A DNA stretch of 64,000 bases. It comes from a virus. Of the stretch, positions 26,796 through 36,074 are shown one piece after another. A model generated the notes under the pieces. That model saw only the letters and a list, made by a program, of their open reading frames with translations. It did no database searches and was not told the origin of the DNA. A program made the translations under genes and the position numbers. The stretch covers positions 1 through 64,000 of IMG/VR virus record IMGVR_UViG_3300020048_003650, one strand, 5' to 3'. The number at the start of each line of letters is the position of its first letter. The stretch's first letter is position 1.

Positions 26796-27047
26796 ATGAA
26801 AACTACGACACTATTTGAACAGGTTATTATTATGGCACAACGTACTCGTGAACTACGAGATCAGCGTTATGGGTCCGTAGAACGCGGCATGTTTAGCATA
26901 TCCGAAAACAAACGTTTGCCTAAAATAATAGATATTGCCATTAATGATTTTGAAACCGGTGAAATAGGACGGGAATATCTTGATCGTGCTATCGATCGTG
27001 CCCGTGGAGCACGCGGACAAAGAAAAAAACGAGTATTTGATAGATAA
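26796..27047 (+). CDS. rpoZ: RNA polymerase omega-subunit-like protein
   Basis: FEQVIIMAQRTREL and P.....AI.DFETGEI match the two RpoZ conserved blocks. Confidence 0.6.
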   Translation: MKTTTLFEQVIIMAQRTRELRDQRYGSVERGMFSISENKRLPKIIDIAINDFETGEIGREYLDRAIDRARGARGQRKKRVFDR

Positions 27048-27051
27048 CATC

Positions 27052-27552
27052 ATGTATAAAAAACAAATAGATATATCACAGATAGTTGATTTTTTAGAAA
27101 CCTGTAGCAGTGATACTAAAGTATACATTGGCTGCGATAGTGAAAGACTTCAGGCTGGCGGTGTATGGTGGGCTGATTATATCACTGCAGTAGTGATTCA
27201 CATCAATGGCAACAATGGTTGCAAGATTTTTGGCGCAGTATCTCGCGAGCGTGATTATGAACAGCGGGTAGATAAACCCCGTATGAGATTGATGGCCGAA
27301 GTCTATCGTGTTGCTGAACTCTATCTTGAACTTAGTCAACATGTAGCACATGATATCGAGGTTCACTTGGATGTTAATCCCAATGAAATGCATAACAGTA
27401 GTATTGTTATCAACGAGGCGGTGGGATACATTCGTGGCATGTGTGGGGTTATTCCGTTTACTAAGCCAGACGCCTGGGCTGCCAGTTACGCTGCCGATCG
27501 TTTTAAGCGTTTAGTTGAATATCAACGTCAGCAAGTTGCTACTCCTACTTGA
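27052..27552 (+). CDS. RNase H-like YkuK family protein
   Basis: YIGCDS, RL..EV, EVHLDVN, KPDAWAAS..AD. Confidence 0.85.
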   Translation: MYKKQIDISQIVDFLETCSSDTKVYIGCDSERLQAGGVWWADYITAVVIHINGNNGCKIFGAVSRERDYEQRVDKPRMRLMAEVYRVAELYLELSQHVAHDIEVHLDVNPNEMHNSSIVINEAVGYIRGMCGVIPFTKPDAWAASYAADRFKRLVEYQRQQVATPT

Positions 27553-27583
27553 CAACAAATCACTATTATGCTATGATATTGAT

Positions 27584-27817
27584 ATGATGAAAAAAATTGA
27601 ACTAAATTGGTGTTTAAAGTGGCTAGCTACTGTGTTTACGGTGGTTGGCGCTTTAGCGGTATCGCTTGATCATGATGGCTGGGATGTTATCTTGTTATTC
27701 GTGGGTAGCATATTATGGCTATGGTGGTCACTAAGAATAGGTGAGTGGGCCTTAGTAACAGTCAATACTACTATGATAATGATTTATCTCTGGGGTATCG
27801 TATCAAAAGTGTTTTAG
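27584..27817 (+). CDS. small 3-TM membrane protein
   Basis: LKWLAT...; hydrophobic. Confidence 0.65.
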   Translation: MMKKIELNWCLKWLATVFTVVGALAVSLDHDGWDVILLFVGSILWLWWSLRIGEWALVTVNTTMIMIYLWGIVSKVF

Positions 27818-27894
27818 TGTTGTATTAATGCAACACTAAAAACATGATGTTTTTAATACTTGACAATAAATCAGGTGTATGTTATGATGTAGTT

Positions 27895-28215
27895 ATGATG
27901 ACAAAACGTAAACGCCGTTCGGATACTACACACTTGATTTATGTCTTAACTAATCAAGTCACTGGCGAACAGTATGTAGGTATTACAGTTAAAAATCCTG
28001 GTGGCATCAGGAAAACTCTACACCGTCGTGTTCAAAAACACGTACAACGAGCTTATGCCGAGGGAAAAGACTGGGCGCTTAGTCACAGTATTCGTGAACA
28101 TGGTACACTAGGGTTTACTTATGGTTTATTAGAAACTGTTCGTGGTCGCCTAGTAGCACACCGACGTGAACGTGAATTGATCCGTATTCATCAGCCAATG
28201 TTGAATACATTTTAG
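27895..28215 (+). CDS. GIY-YIG nuclease-like protein
   Basis: LIYVLTN...QYVGIT, R, E, C-terminal LN. Confidence 0.75.
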   Translation: MMTKRKRRSDTTHLIYVLTNQVTGEQYVGITVKNPGGIRKTLHRRVQKHVQRAYAEGKDWALSHSIREHGTLGFTYGLLETVRGRLVAHRRERELIRIHQPMLNTF

Positions 28216-28268
28216 TAGTTGTTGAGTGACAGTAGTTTATTTTTTTAACATTAATAGGAAATTAAAAA

Positions 28269-28628
28269 ATGAGTAAGCCAGTTTTTTCAGATATTTTTAC
28301 ATTTAGTGGCCGTCGTAATCGTAAAAGCTATGTACTGTTCCATCTATCGGCAATTGCCGCCATGATTGTCGGTGCCGTACTAGCAACATCAATAACTATC
28401 ATGGCCCCGGCTATGGGTTCTGTTTTGTGGGTAGTATATTTTGTCGCTGTACTGGCATTGGCTGTAGCAGGTTTTGCCGTAACAGCCCAGCGTATTCGTG
28501 ACTTCGGTCATAGTGGTTGTTGGGTATTTTTATACTTTATTCCCTATATTGGGTTCGCTGCCAGTATTGCTATTTACTTTGTTCCTAGTAATATAGGCGA
28601 CAATAAATACGGTCCTAGTTGTATCTAA
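28269..28628 (+). CDS. DUF805 (YhaH-like) inner membrane protein
   Basis: FSGRRNRKSY, QRIRDFGHSG, GDNKYGP. Confidence 0.88.
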   Translation: MSKPVFSDIFTFSGRRNRKSYVLFHLSAIAAMIVGAVLATSITIMAPAMGSVLWVVYFVAVLALAVAGFAVTAQRIRDFGHSGCWVFLYFIPYIGFAASIAIYFVPSNIGDNKYGPSCI

Positions 28629-28734
28629 TGATATCGAATAGTGGTGTTGTATTTTTGCAACACCACTATTTGACAATAAATCACTATAGTAGTATAATAT
28701 CAGTATAGTATCAAACAACACAAAAGGAATACAA

Positions 28735-29142
28735 ATGAATTTCACATTTGATCTTGATTCTTTCTCTGACTTACACAAAAGTGCCCTGGGTTTTCGTCCT
28801 GGTTCAGATTTCTGGCAGCAATTGGATATTTCTACGGATGAGCAAAAACAAACTATTTGGGACAATTTAATCAGTACTGCTGAATTAAACGTCAAAGAGG
28901 AAGAACGGCGTGAACTAATATCTGCTGGAGATTTCGAGCGTGGCATTCGTCATCACTGTGCACTAGGAGCGCCGGATCGCGAATCTGCTATCAAGCAGAT
29001 GTTGGACAGTGTTCTAAAAGATTACGATCTCATGTATGGTGGCGAATACGCCTGTTTTGTTTTCGGATTACCATACTCATACACCGGTGAGTTAGATCCG
29101 ATAGTAAAACAAATCGCGCTGTCACGTAATTTCAGTAATTAA
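28735..29142 (+). CDS. hypothetical phage protein
   Basis: behind a palindrome-promoter module; SDLHK...GFRP. Confidence 0.75.
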   Translation: MNFTFDLDSFSDLHKSALGFRPGSDFWQQLDISTDEQKQTIWDNLISTAELNVKEEERRELISAGDFERGIRHHCALGAPDRESAIKQMLDSVLKDYDLMYGGEYACFVFGLPYSYTGELDPIVKQIALSRNFSN

Positions 29143-29143
29143 C

Positions 29144-29335
29144 GTGGTCTCGTCAACGATACTAAAACAGCGTTGTGACAGAATGATTCTGGCTTTGGTT
29201 GGCATCGAGTTCAGTGATAGGTGGTGGGATAGTCCAAATCGAGCTTTTGAAAATCAGACACCAACAAATGTGTTTTTAGAGAATCCAGAACGTGTGTACT
29301 CGTACTTAATTAGTCACTGTGATGGACAATGGTAA
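29144..29335 (+). CDS. Xre/MbcA/ParS antitoxin C-terminal-like domain
   Basis: WWDSPNRAFENQTP...V..YL. Confidence 0.55.
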   Translation: MVSSTILKQRCDRMILALVGIEFSDRWWDSPNRAFENQTPTNVFLENPERVYSYLISHCDGQW

Positions 29336-29342
29336 ATCAATT

Positions 29343-29792
29343 ATGAATATGAACAAACATTATTACTTCGCATACGGAATGAATACCAACATCGAGAGCA
29401 TGAATCGTAGATGTCCCGATGCCGTTAGTTTGGGTTCTGCCTCGCTTAATGACTGGCGTTTTAGATTTGCCTATCATGCTGATGTTGTTGTCGAAACCGG
29501 CGAAAAGACCGTAGGGGTTCTATGGTTAATAACAGACCGGTGTTTAGAAAGTCTAGATAGATTAGAGGGATATCCGGATTATTATCAACGTAAAATAGTT
29601 CCGGTTCAATATCATAATCAAATTTATGACTCGCTAGTGTATTACATGACTCCTGGCAACGAGAATGGACCTCCTCCTGATAGTTACTGGCAAATGTTAC
29701 AACGAGGTTATAGAGATCATAATGTCAGTCAACGTCAATTGTGGCGTGCACTAAACAATAGTTATGATTATGAAAAACATATCAACTCGTAA
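29343..29792 (+). CDS. gamma-glutamylcyclotransferase-like protein
   Basis: YFAYGMN, GVLW, LDRLEG. Confidence 0.85.
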   Translation: MNMNKHYYFAYGMNTNIESMNRRCPDAVSLGSASLNDWRFRFAYHADVVVETGEKTVGVLWLITDRCLESLDRLEGYPDYYQRKIVPVQYHNQIYDSLVYYMTPGNENGPPPDSYWQMLQRGYRDHNVSQRQLWRALNNSYDYEKHINS

Positions 29793-29807
29793 TATTCACT
29801 AAATATC

Positions 29808-30296
29808 TTGATGAATAACTCCAAGAACGATAAATCAAATATTACCAAGGGCCGTGATAGCTTTGATGTTAGTGTTGGAAATACGGTAGTACCATTCTTT
29901 AACAGGAATGTAACCCCGTATCCAACAGAGGCAGGTGGGCCTAAATTTGATTTAGTTCCAATTACAAAACAAAAAGACATTATGTTGAATGTTGCTCGCA
30001 TGCATGCTGAGCAGGAATACAATAGAATTATGGAGTTAGTATCAGTACTACAAAAGCAAGCCAGTGACATCAAACGTAGACTAGACTTAACTGATATGGT
30101 TCACAGTGCCAAATATGATTTTCAGATAGCACACGGACAGACATATTGGCTGGCTCAAGATCACAGGAAGAATGTGGTAATACTATGTGCCATGGGCCCT
30201 GACGGTTGGAGTGCCGCGGCGCCTGAATGGTACGAATACATTGTAGCAGTTAAATGGCTAGGCGATCACACTTGGATTGAAGTCACGGTTGATTAA
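29808..30296 (+). CDS. DUF2452-like protein
   Basis: PYPT..GGPKF, A...F....GQTY.L, D.TW. Confidence 0.65.
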   Translation: MMNNSKNDKSNITKGRDSFDVSVGNTVVPFFNRNVTPYPTEAGGPKFDLVPITKQKDIMLNVARMHAEQEYNRIMELVSVLQKQASDIKRRLDLTDMVHSAKYDFQIAHGQTYWLAQDHRKNVVILCAMGPDGWSAAAPEWYEYIVAVKWLGDHTWIEVTVD

Positions 30297-30316
30297 TATT
30301 ACAACTATCTATTCTT

Positions 30317-30583
30317 TTATTTGACACTGTCAAATATTTTTTTCTGTTGTTTGTACCATTGTTGCCAGGTTTCGACCTTGATTTGACATTCTTGATACTT
30401 GGAATAATTGTCTGTAATCACTGACAATACTTCACTTAATTTTGTAGTCATGGGAGTTTTCTGTAGAGTATCACATGATTTTTCTAAACTAGGAGGAATT
30501 GCAGGGAACTCTCGTTTTACGGGAGTAACACATCCAGTCAACATGATACATGATGTCAATAGTATTATTGTATGATATTTCAT
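30317..30583 (-). CDS. outer-membrane spanin (Rz1-like lipoprotein)
   Basis: LTGC lipobox, Pro-rich, two further Cys; follows the i-spanin. Confidence 0.75.
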   Translation of the reverse strand: MKYHTIILLTSCIMLTGCVTPVKREFPAIPPSLEKSCDTLQKTPMTTKLSEVLSVITDNYSKYQECQIKVETWQQWYKQQKKIFDSVK

Positions 30584-31020
30584 TTTTTTTCACCGGTAGA
30601 TTGATTTAAAATATCTATCGCTTCGGGAATCACGTTACAATTGGCATCTAATCTGTTTGCCGATTTTGTGATTTGATTCTTGACTACATATTTAATTTCT
30701 TTTACTACCTGAACTCTATCTACATACACTGTTTCTATTTTTGCAGATGCCTCGACAGCCTGTCGTTCAGCTGCCGCCACCTTTTTTTCTAGTTCATCAA
30801 CTCTAGCCTGCCACTTTGCCTCATTTGCTATTCCACCAGACATCCAGGTAGATAGTAATAATACTGCTATTGCCGCAAATCTTGCTGCTACGGCATTAGC
30901 GGATATAAATGGAATCATACGTAAAAAATATGTGGCTATTATCACGCCTACTGATAATATTAATAATAAGTACCAAAACCAATCCGGCAATAATCCAAAC
31001 ATCCACATAATTTGCCACAT
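30580..31020 (-). CDS. inner-membrane spanin (Rz-like)
   Basis: N-terminal TM segments, coiled coil, C-terminal Cys. Confidence 0.7.
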   Translation of the reverse strand: MWQIMWMFGLLPDWFWYLLLILSVGVIIATYFLRMIPFISANAVAARFAAIAVLLLSTWMSGGIANEAKWQARVDELEKKVAAAERQAVEASAKIETVYVDRVQVVKEIKYVVKNQITKSANRLDANCNVIPEAIDILNQSTGEKK

Positions 31021-31033
31021 ATTTTTTCTCCGA

Positions 31034-31900
31034 TTAAGCCATTAGTCTAGCAAGTGTCGCTGGGCCAGCAATGCCATCAGGCTCAAGACCATTTTCGCGC
31101 TGCCAACCTGTTAGGGCACGTTCGGTAGCTGGACCAAAGTCTCCGTCACCACTTAGCCCTAATCTAAGTTGCATAGCGGCAACTTCTGGACCACGACTAC
31201 CACGTCTAAGCACAATGTTGGTATTAACTGGCGCTGGTTGATGTACTGATTGATGACCTTCTGTTACATGACTGCCATCTCCTAGTACGTGTAGCGCATG
31301 AGCATAGTGCTTTTTACGATCCTCTAAACCAATAGTTCCGCCGTTGATGCGTTTTGTTAGTGTAAGAATGTCTCCGGCATCGGCCCATTGATTAAGATTG
31401 TTAGTTTCCCAGAACCAGCAAGCACTTTGTACCGCACCCTCAAATGTTTTCAGGTAGTCGGGAATTTCTTCCAGTGGAGTATCAATGCTTTGAGCAAAAC
31501 GACTATAGTTATCTTTGCCAGTCAATTGAATTAGACCTCGTCCTAGATAGCGCCAGCCATCTCCTGATGCTTCATCATTGTTTCCCATACGACTAGCATA
31601 AACCTTGTTAGCAATTTTTTCTGGCTGATGTGCATACTGACGAGCCATATCTAAACTAGTAAAACGACTGGGCCAGGTTTTCATTAAACTCTCGGCACGA
31701 TAGTTTAAATTTTCTTGTAAGAATTTAAAGTTAGCACTTTCATGTGCACACTGAGCTATAAATGCAGCAACTCTAGCTGGAGTGTCAATATTATAATCTG
31801 GCAGTATCATATTAAGTGCGTGATACCACTGAGAGACGTAAGGATTTCCAGGTATTAGCTGACGTAGTTGTTGTTCTGTAAAGTTAAATGTAAATGCCAT
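31034..31900 (-). CDS. GH19 endolysin with C-terminal peptidoglycan-binding domain
   Basis: AQCAHES, GRGLIQLTGKDNY, RINGG, DGDFGPAT/DGIAGPAT. Confidence 0.92.
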   Translation of the reverse strand: MAFTFNFTEQQLRQLIPGNPYVSQWYHALNMILPDYNIDTPARVAAFIAQCAHESANFKFLQENLNYRAESLMKTWPSRFTSLDMARQYAHQPEKIANKVYASRMGNNDEASGDGWRYLGRGLIQLTGKDNYSRFAQSIDTPLEEIPDYLKTFEGAVQSACWFWETNNLNQWADAGDILTLTKRINGGTIGLEDRKKHYAHALHVLGDGSHVTEGHQSVHQPAPVNTNIVLRRGSRGPEVAAMQLRLGLSGDGDFGPATERALTGWQRENGLEPDGIAGPATLARLMA

Positions 31901-31910
31901 CTAGTGCTCC

Positions 31911-32141
31911 TTATTTTTGACCAGGCACTGTTGTGCCTTCGTATTTTTTACGAACTTTAATTTGACGACAGTCCTGGCGTGGCTTACCGGTCTTTGGGTC
32001 CATTACTGGCTTACCGTCTTTGCCACGAACGTCATTACAAACAGTACGCATTTCTCCCTTATTTTCATCTGGCTTTGTATCTTGTGCCCAGACAGTGCCT
32101 AGGGCAAAACACAACGCTAGTGTCGTTATTATTTTTTTCAT
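31911..32141 (-). CDS. small secreted protein
   Basis: signal peptide and a Cys pair. Confidence 0.7.
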   Translation of the reverse strand: MKKIITTLALCFALGTVWAQDTKPDENKGEMRTVCNDVRGKDGKPVMDPKTGKPRQDCRQIKVRKKYEGTTVPGQK

Positions 32142-32160
32142 TTTTATTTTCCTTTTTAAA

Positions 32161-32628
32161 TTAAACTACTGGATAATCAGGTTCTACTGGTCTTGCTTTT
32201 CCGGCGCTGATTCCACTGTATGATGAGCCGTAACCGGCTACTGGAGATCCAAATGCGCCCATGGTATTTCCGCCAGACATTCTATTAGAATAACTATTGC
32301 TAGCAATAGTAGATGAATAATTATTTGATGATATTAAACCACCGTTGTTGGCTCCTGCTAATTTTTCTTGTGTGCGACCAAATGCTGCAATACCTAAAAT
32401 AGCACCCATGGCCATATGGAATAATCCGGCACCTTGTAGTGTAATAGGATTCCACTGAGTGTGAACCTGTCCACCGTGACCAGCCTGTATCAGACTCCAT
32501 AAAACTGGAAATAGCACAAAGTCTGCCATACACACTGCCATGTACATCCACCCCATCATCGGACGCCATTTGGTGTTCATCCAGTCTTCTTTTTTCTTTT
32601 CGCTTGCGCTCATTGTTTTTTCGGACAT
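32161..32628 (-). CDS. holin-like membrane protein
   Basis: WRPMMGW, GAILGIAAFGRTQEK; heads the lysis operon. Confidence 0.7.
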   Translation of the reverse strand: MSEKTMSASEKKKEDWMNTKWRPMMGWMYMAVCMADFVLFPVLWSLIQAGHGGQVHTQWNPITLQGAGLFHMAMGAILGIAAFGRTQEKLAGANNGGLISSNNYSSTIASNSYSNRMSGGNTMGAFGSPVAGYGSSYSGISAGKARPVEPDYPVV

Positions 32629-32767
32629 TTATGTCTCTCCTTATTATTGTCACAGTATTTATCTATTTTGGTTCAGGGATTAGTCACTAGTATTGGGTAT
32701 CCAAAAAAGTTGACGCTGTTACATAACTATAGTATAATAAGTACATTAGTTACTAGGAAAATAATAC

Positions 32768-32938
32768 ATGGGCAATCCAACACCAGATTATCTTTTAAAA
32801 AGAGACCAAGAAATACGTGATCGTCTGACCGCTACTGCCGAAGCAGAACAAAAACGTAATGAAACAGAATCTAAAGAAAGTATTATTAAAAATGTAGATT
32901 CTATTGATTCTGATAAATCTACAACACAGTCGAAGTAA
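32768..32938 (+). CDS. small hypothetical protein (56 aa)
   Basis: TTGACG/TATAAT promoter and AGGA RBS. Confidence 0.5.
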   Translation: MGNPTPDYLLKRDQEIRDRLTATAEAEQKRNETESKESIIKNVDSIDSDKSTTQSK

Positions 32939-33096
32939 TACTAAGCGTAATCAGAGTTAGTTCATCAGTGTTCAAGCCTCGTGTTTAGTGGTCAGAACTA
33001 CTCTGCTTAAGTCTTAGCAGTACGTTGGTTTTATTAAGATATACAGAGATATTGTTTGACAAATTGTATTAAATATTAATACAAGGTAGATCAAAC

Positions 33097-33567
33097 ATGT
33101 ATAAAAATAATAAAAATAAAATACAAGTTGGTCTAGTAACGATATTGGCATGCACGGCATTCCAAGGGTCGGTCCTAGCCAGCGAACTGGTACATCATTT
33201 TAATAGTCCTGCCTTTAGTGGCCAGGGCTACTCGGCTCACGTCTTGACAATAGAACAATTAGAAGCACAACGCAAACAAAAAATTGCTGACGGTAAACAG
33301 TCTGTACTTGACAAAGCCGAGCGTGACGCTAAAAATACAACCTTATCAAAGTTCATTGTTAACTTAGAGTCTAGAATTTATGCTCAGTTGAGTAAACAGT
33401 TGGCTGATAATATGTTTGGAGAAAGTGGTAGAGACACGGGCACCTTAGACTTTCAGGGCAGCAGCATAACCTGGCTCAAGAGTGGCACTTCAGTAACACT
33501 AACTGTACTCGAAGCAAGTGGCAACAGAACTGAGATTACAGTACCAATAGCGAGCTTTGCGTTTTAA
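33097..33567 (+). CDS. csgF: curli assembly protein CsgF-like
   Basis: signal peptide, ELVHHFNSPAFSG, LES.I..QLS, TEITVP. Confidence 0.8.
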   Translation: MYKNNKNKIQVGLVTILACTAFQGSVLASELVHHFNSPAFSGQGYSAHVLTIEQLEAQRKQKIADGKQSVLDKAERDAKNTTLSKFIVNLESRIYAQLSKQLADNMFGESGRDTGTLDFQGSSITWLKSGTSVTLTVLEASGNRTEITVPIASFAF

Positions 33568-33568
33568 T

Positions 33569-34342
33569 ATGCGTAATCTCATCTCACTCTTACTTGTATT
33601 GGTTTTATCTGGCTGTGCTCAAATTCACATGAACCTTGCTCAGGAAGAGCCTATTGAAATCAAGCCTCGTGAAAATTTAATCTCAAAGATTCCGCCGCTA
33701 GAAGGACCGGTTATCACCGTCGCTGTGTATGGATTCGCTGATAAAACAGGACAGCTTAAACCCAATGACAAAATAGCGTTATTTAGTAAGGCGGTTACAC
33801 AGGGCGCAGAAGTATTCTTGATTAAGAGTCTCAAAGATATTCCTGGTTGGTTTCGTGTAGTCGAGCGTGTAGGTCTAGACAATCTAATCAAAGAACGTCA
33901 ACTAATCAGAAATCAACGTGAAGTTTATGAGGGCAAGGATGCCCGACCGCTTAAGCCCATGACTGTCGCTGGACTTATCATAGAAGGCGGCATCATCGGC
34001 TATGATAGTAATATTAGAACCGGCGGTAACGGAGCCCGAATATTAGGAATTGGCGGCAGTCAACAGTATCGTGTTGATGAAGTAGTAGTCAGCGTTAGAT
34101 TGATTTCTGTTAATAGCGGTGAAGTACTCATAAGTAACTCAATCTCTAAAACGATTTACAGTACTTCTCACACACTAGGAGCACTTAAGTTCTTTGACTC
34201 TGCGACAATGAGCGTGGAGCTAGAAAACGGCGCAAGCTTGAATGAACCAACTACATATGCAGTACGTGTAGCAATCGAGCAAGCGGTGTATGAAATGATC
34301 ATGAGCGGCGAACGTTCAGGTCTATGGCATTTCAAAAAATAA
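33569..34342 (+). CDS. csgG: curli secretion channel CsgG
   Basis: LSGC lipobox, VYGFADKTGQ, SKAVTQG, VVERVGL.NL..ER, EGGIIGYD, NEP. Confidence 0.92.
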   Translation: MRNLISLLLVLVLSGCAQIHMNLAQEEPIEIKPRENLISKIPPLEGPVITVAVYGFADKTGQLKPNDKIALFSKAVTQGAEVFLIKSLKDIPGWFRVVERVGLDNLIKERQLIRNQREVYEGKDARPLKPMTVAGLIIEGGIIGYDSNIRTGGNGARILGIGGSQQYRVDEVVVSVRLISVNSGEVLISNSISKTIYSTSHTLGALKFFDSATMSVELENGASLNEPTTYAVRVAIEQAVYEMIMSGERSGLWHFKK

Positions 34343-34360
34343 TAATAACAAGGAAACAAC

Positions 34361-34972
34361 ATGTTTAAACAACTAGGAATCATATCAGTGATAGCGGCCT
34401 TATTTTTCACGTCGCCCACTATTGCAAATGATATTTACATCGAACAGATAGGTGATGGTGCTACGGTCACACTTACACAGGATGGGTCGAGCAACAGAAT
34501 AGGCAGCGAGAACACACCTTCGCTCATCAAGGGTGACGCTAATGTGGTTACAGTTGATCAGATAGGCAGCGCAAATGAACTGGACATCTTGATCAACGGC
34601 ACGGCAGTCACGGCTACAGTCACTACAACTGGCAGCTACAACACTCAATCTATCACATGTGGCGCCTCTAACACGGCATCATGTGGAAGTTCGTTCATCA
34701 AACAAGAAACCACTGGTGATAATAACACAGTAACTCAAAACTTGATGAGCGCTGCTACACAACACAGTGAAATATTAGTATCTGGTGACTACAACACAGT
34801 GACACATGATACTACAGGTTCGGGCGGACACTCAGCAATAATCACTGTTGTTGGTGGCGTTGCACTGGGTGGTAATACTATTAGCTTAACACAGGGCGGA
34901 ACTAATGCACAACAGGCAACTATTACGTCAACTGGCAATAGCAACAATATTACTATCAATCAGTCAAACTAA
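34361..34972 (+). CDS. curlin-repeat-like secreted protein
   Basis: signal peptide; repeated Q-x-G-x-x-N; N/Q/T/G-rich. Confidence 0.7.
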   Translation: MFKQLGIISVIAALFFTSPTIANDIYIEQIGDGATVTLTQDGSSNRIGSENTPSLIKGDANVVTVDQIGSANELDILINGTAVTATVTTTGSYNTQSITCGASNTASCGSSFIKQETTGDNNTVTQNLMSAATQHSEILVSGDYNTVTHDTTGSGGHSAIITVVGGVALGGNTISLTQGGTNAQQATITSTGNSNNITINQSN

Positions 34973-35999
34973 TTTAGCTGCATCAATAGGACGAGTTACT
35001 GAACAAACTGGTCCTACTGAGATTGTTAGAAATAGCAAAAGTGTAGTTAGTGGTGTAGATGTTGGCGTTGAAATGCAGGACACGATAACGACTGCTCGTA
35101 GTCGGGTCACGCTTGCATTCGACGATAAGACTACTGTAAAAATAACTGAGCAGAGTAAGCTGGTGATTGATGACTTTGTCTATGACGCAAAACGTGGAAC
35201 AGGCAAACTTGCAGTACGAGTAGCACTAGGCACTGCCCGCTATGCATCAGGACAGATAGCCAAGAACTCACCACAATCTGTTAGCGTTAAGACACCAACT
35301 GCTACCGTCGCAGTTCGCGGCACTGACTTCGCAATGACTGTAGATGAACTAGGTCGTAGTCTTGTTATCTTACTGCCAAGCTGTGACAATCGTGGCTGTG
35401 TAACCGGCGCTATTGAAGTCTCTAACGAAGCGGGAACTGTACTACTAGATGTAGCGTATCAGGCTACATTAGTTGCTAGTCTAACACAACCGCCAACTAA
35501 GCCAGTGATAGTTAATCTCGATCAAGCCAACATCAATAACATGTTGATTATAAGTCCGCCGCCTGAGGTCGCTGACACCGCATACAGAGTTGAAAAAACA
35601 GCGTTAGACAGAAACGAACTTGATGTAGACTTACTGGCATTTAAAGACTTAGATCGAAATGACCTAGATGATAAGCGGGCGATTGATCGTAACGATTTAG
35701 AGATTGACCTACTATCATTCGTAGAAACTGATGAGTTATCTGCTGCAAATAAAACTGCACTGGGGAATGCTTTCGAAAAAAATATTCTGCCTAACTACAA
35801 TCCTGCTACAAACTTAAACTACTATTTCAATGATGATAGGAGTAAGATCACCCTGTATCGTAAACCTGATCATGTAGCAGAAGTTACATTCGACACTGAC
35901 AAGAATGTACAGCTTACCGTGAATCAAGATGGCACTATTGTACGACAACAAGTAAATCAAGGTGGCAGTACAGTCATCAACATCAAGCAGACTAAGTGA
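34905..35999 (+). CDS. FecR-domain periplasmic protein
   Basis: D.T.V.I.E.S.L.ID, TPTATVAVRGTDF, GAIEV.N. Confidence 0.8.
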   Translation: MHNRQLLRQLAIATILLSISQTNLAASIGRVTEQTGPTEIVRNSKSVVSGVDVGVEMQDTITTARSRVTLAFDDKTTVKITEQSKLVIDDFVYDAKRGTGKLAVRVALGTARYASGQIAKNSPQSVSVKTPTATVAVRGTDFAMTVDELGRSLVILLPSCDNRGCVTGAIEVSNEAGTVLLDVAYQATLVASLTQPPTKPVIVNLDQANINNMLIISPPPEVADTAYRVEKTALDRNELDVDLLAFKDLDRNDLDDKRAIDRNDLEIDLLSFVETDELSAANKTALGNAFEKNILPNYNPATNLNYYFNDDRSKITLYRKPDHVAEVTFDTDKNVQLTVNQDGTIVRQQVNQGGSTVINIKQTK

Positions 36000-36006
36000 T
36001 TTCAAA

Positions 36007-36024
36007 TGTAACAAAACCGTAATA
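36007..36024 (+). promoter_or_regulatory. Pho-box-like direct repeat
   Basis: TGTAACA and CGTAATA half-sites 11 bp apart, ~50 bp before pstS. Confidence 0.55.
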
Positions 36025-36074
36025 ATAATATGCTACTATTATTGTAAATACTTTGTAACTTAAAGGAGATTACA

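Noticed and set aside
32960-32970. Hammerhead ribozyme (CTGATGA on the minus strand)
   Set aside because: No matching GAAA core or stems.
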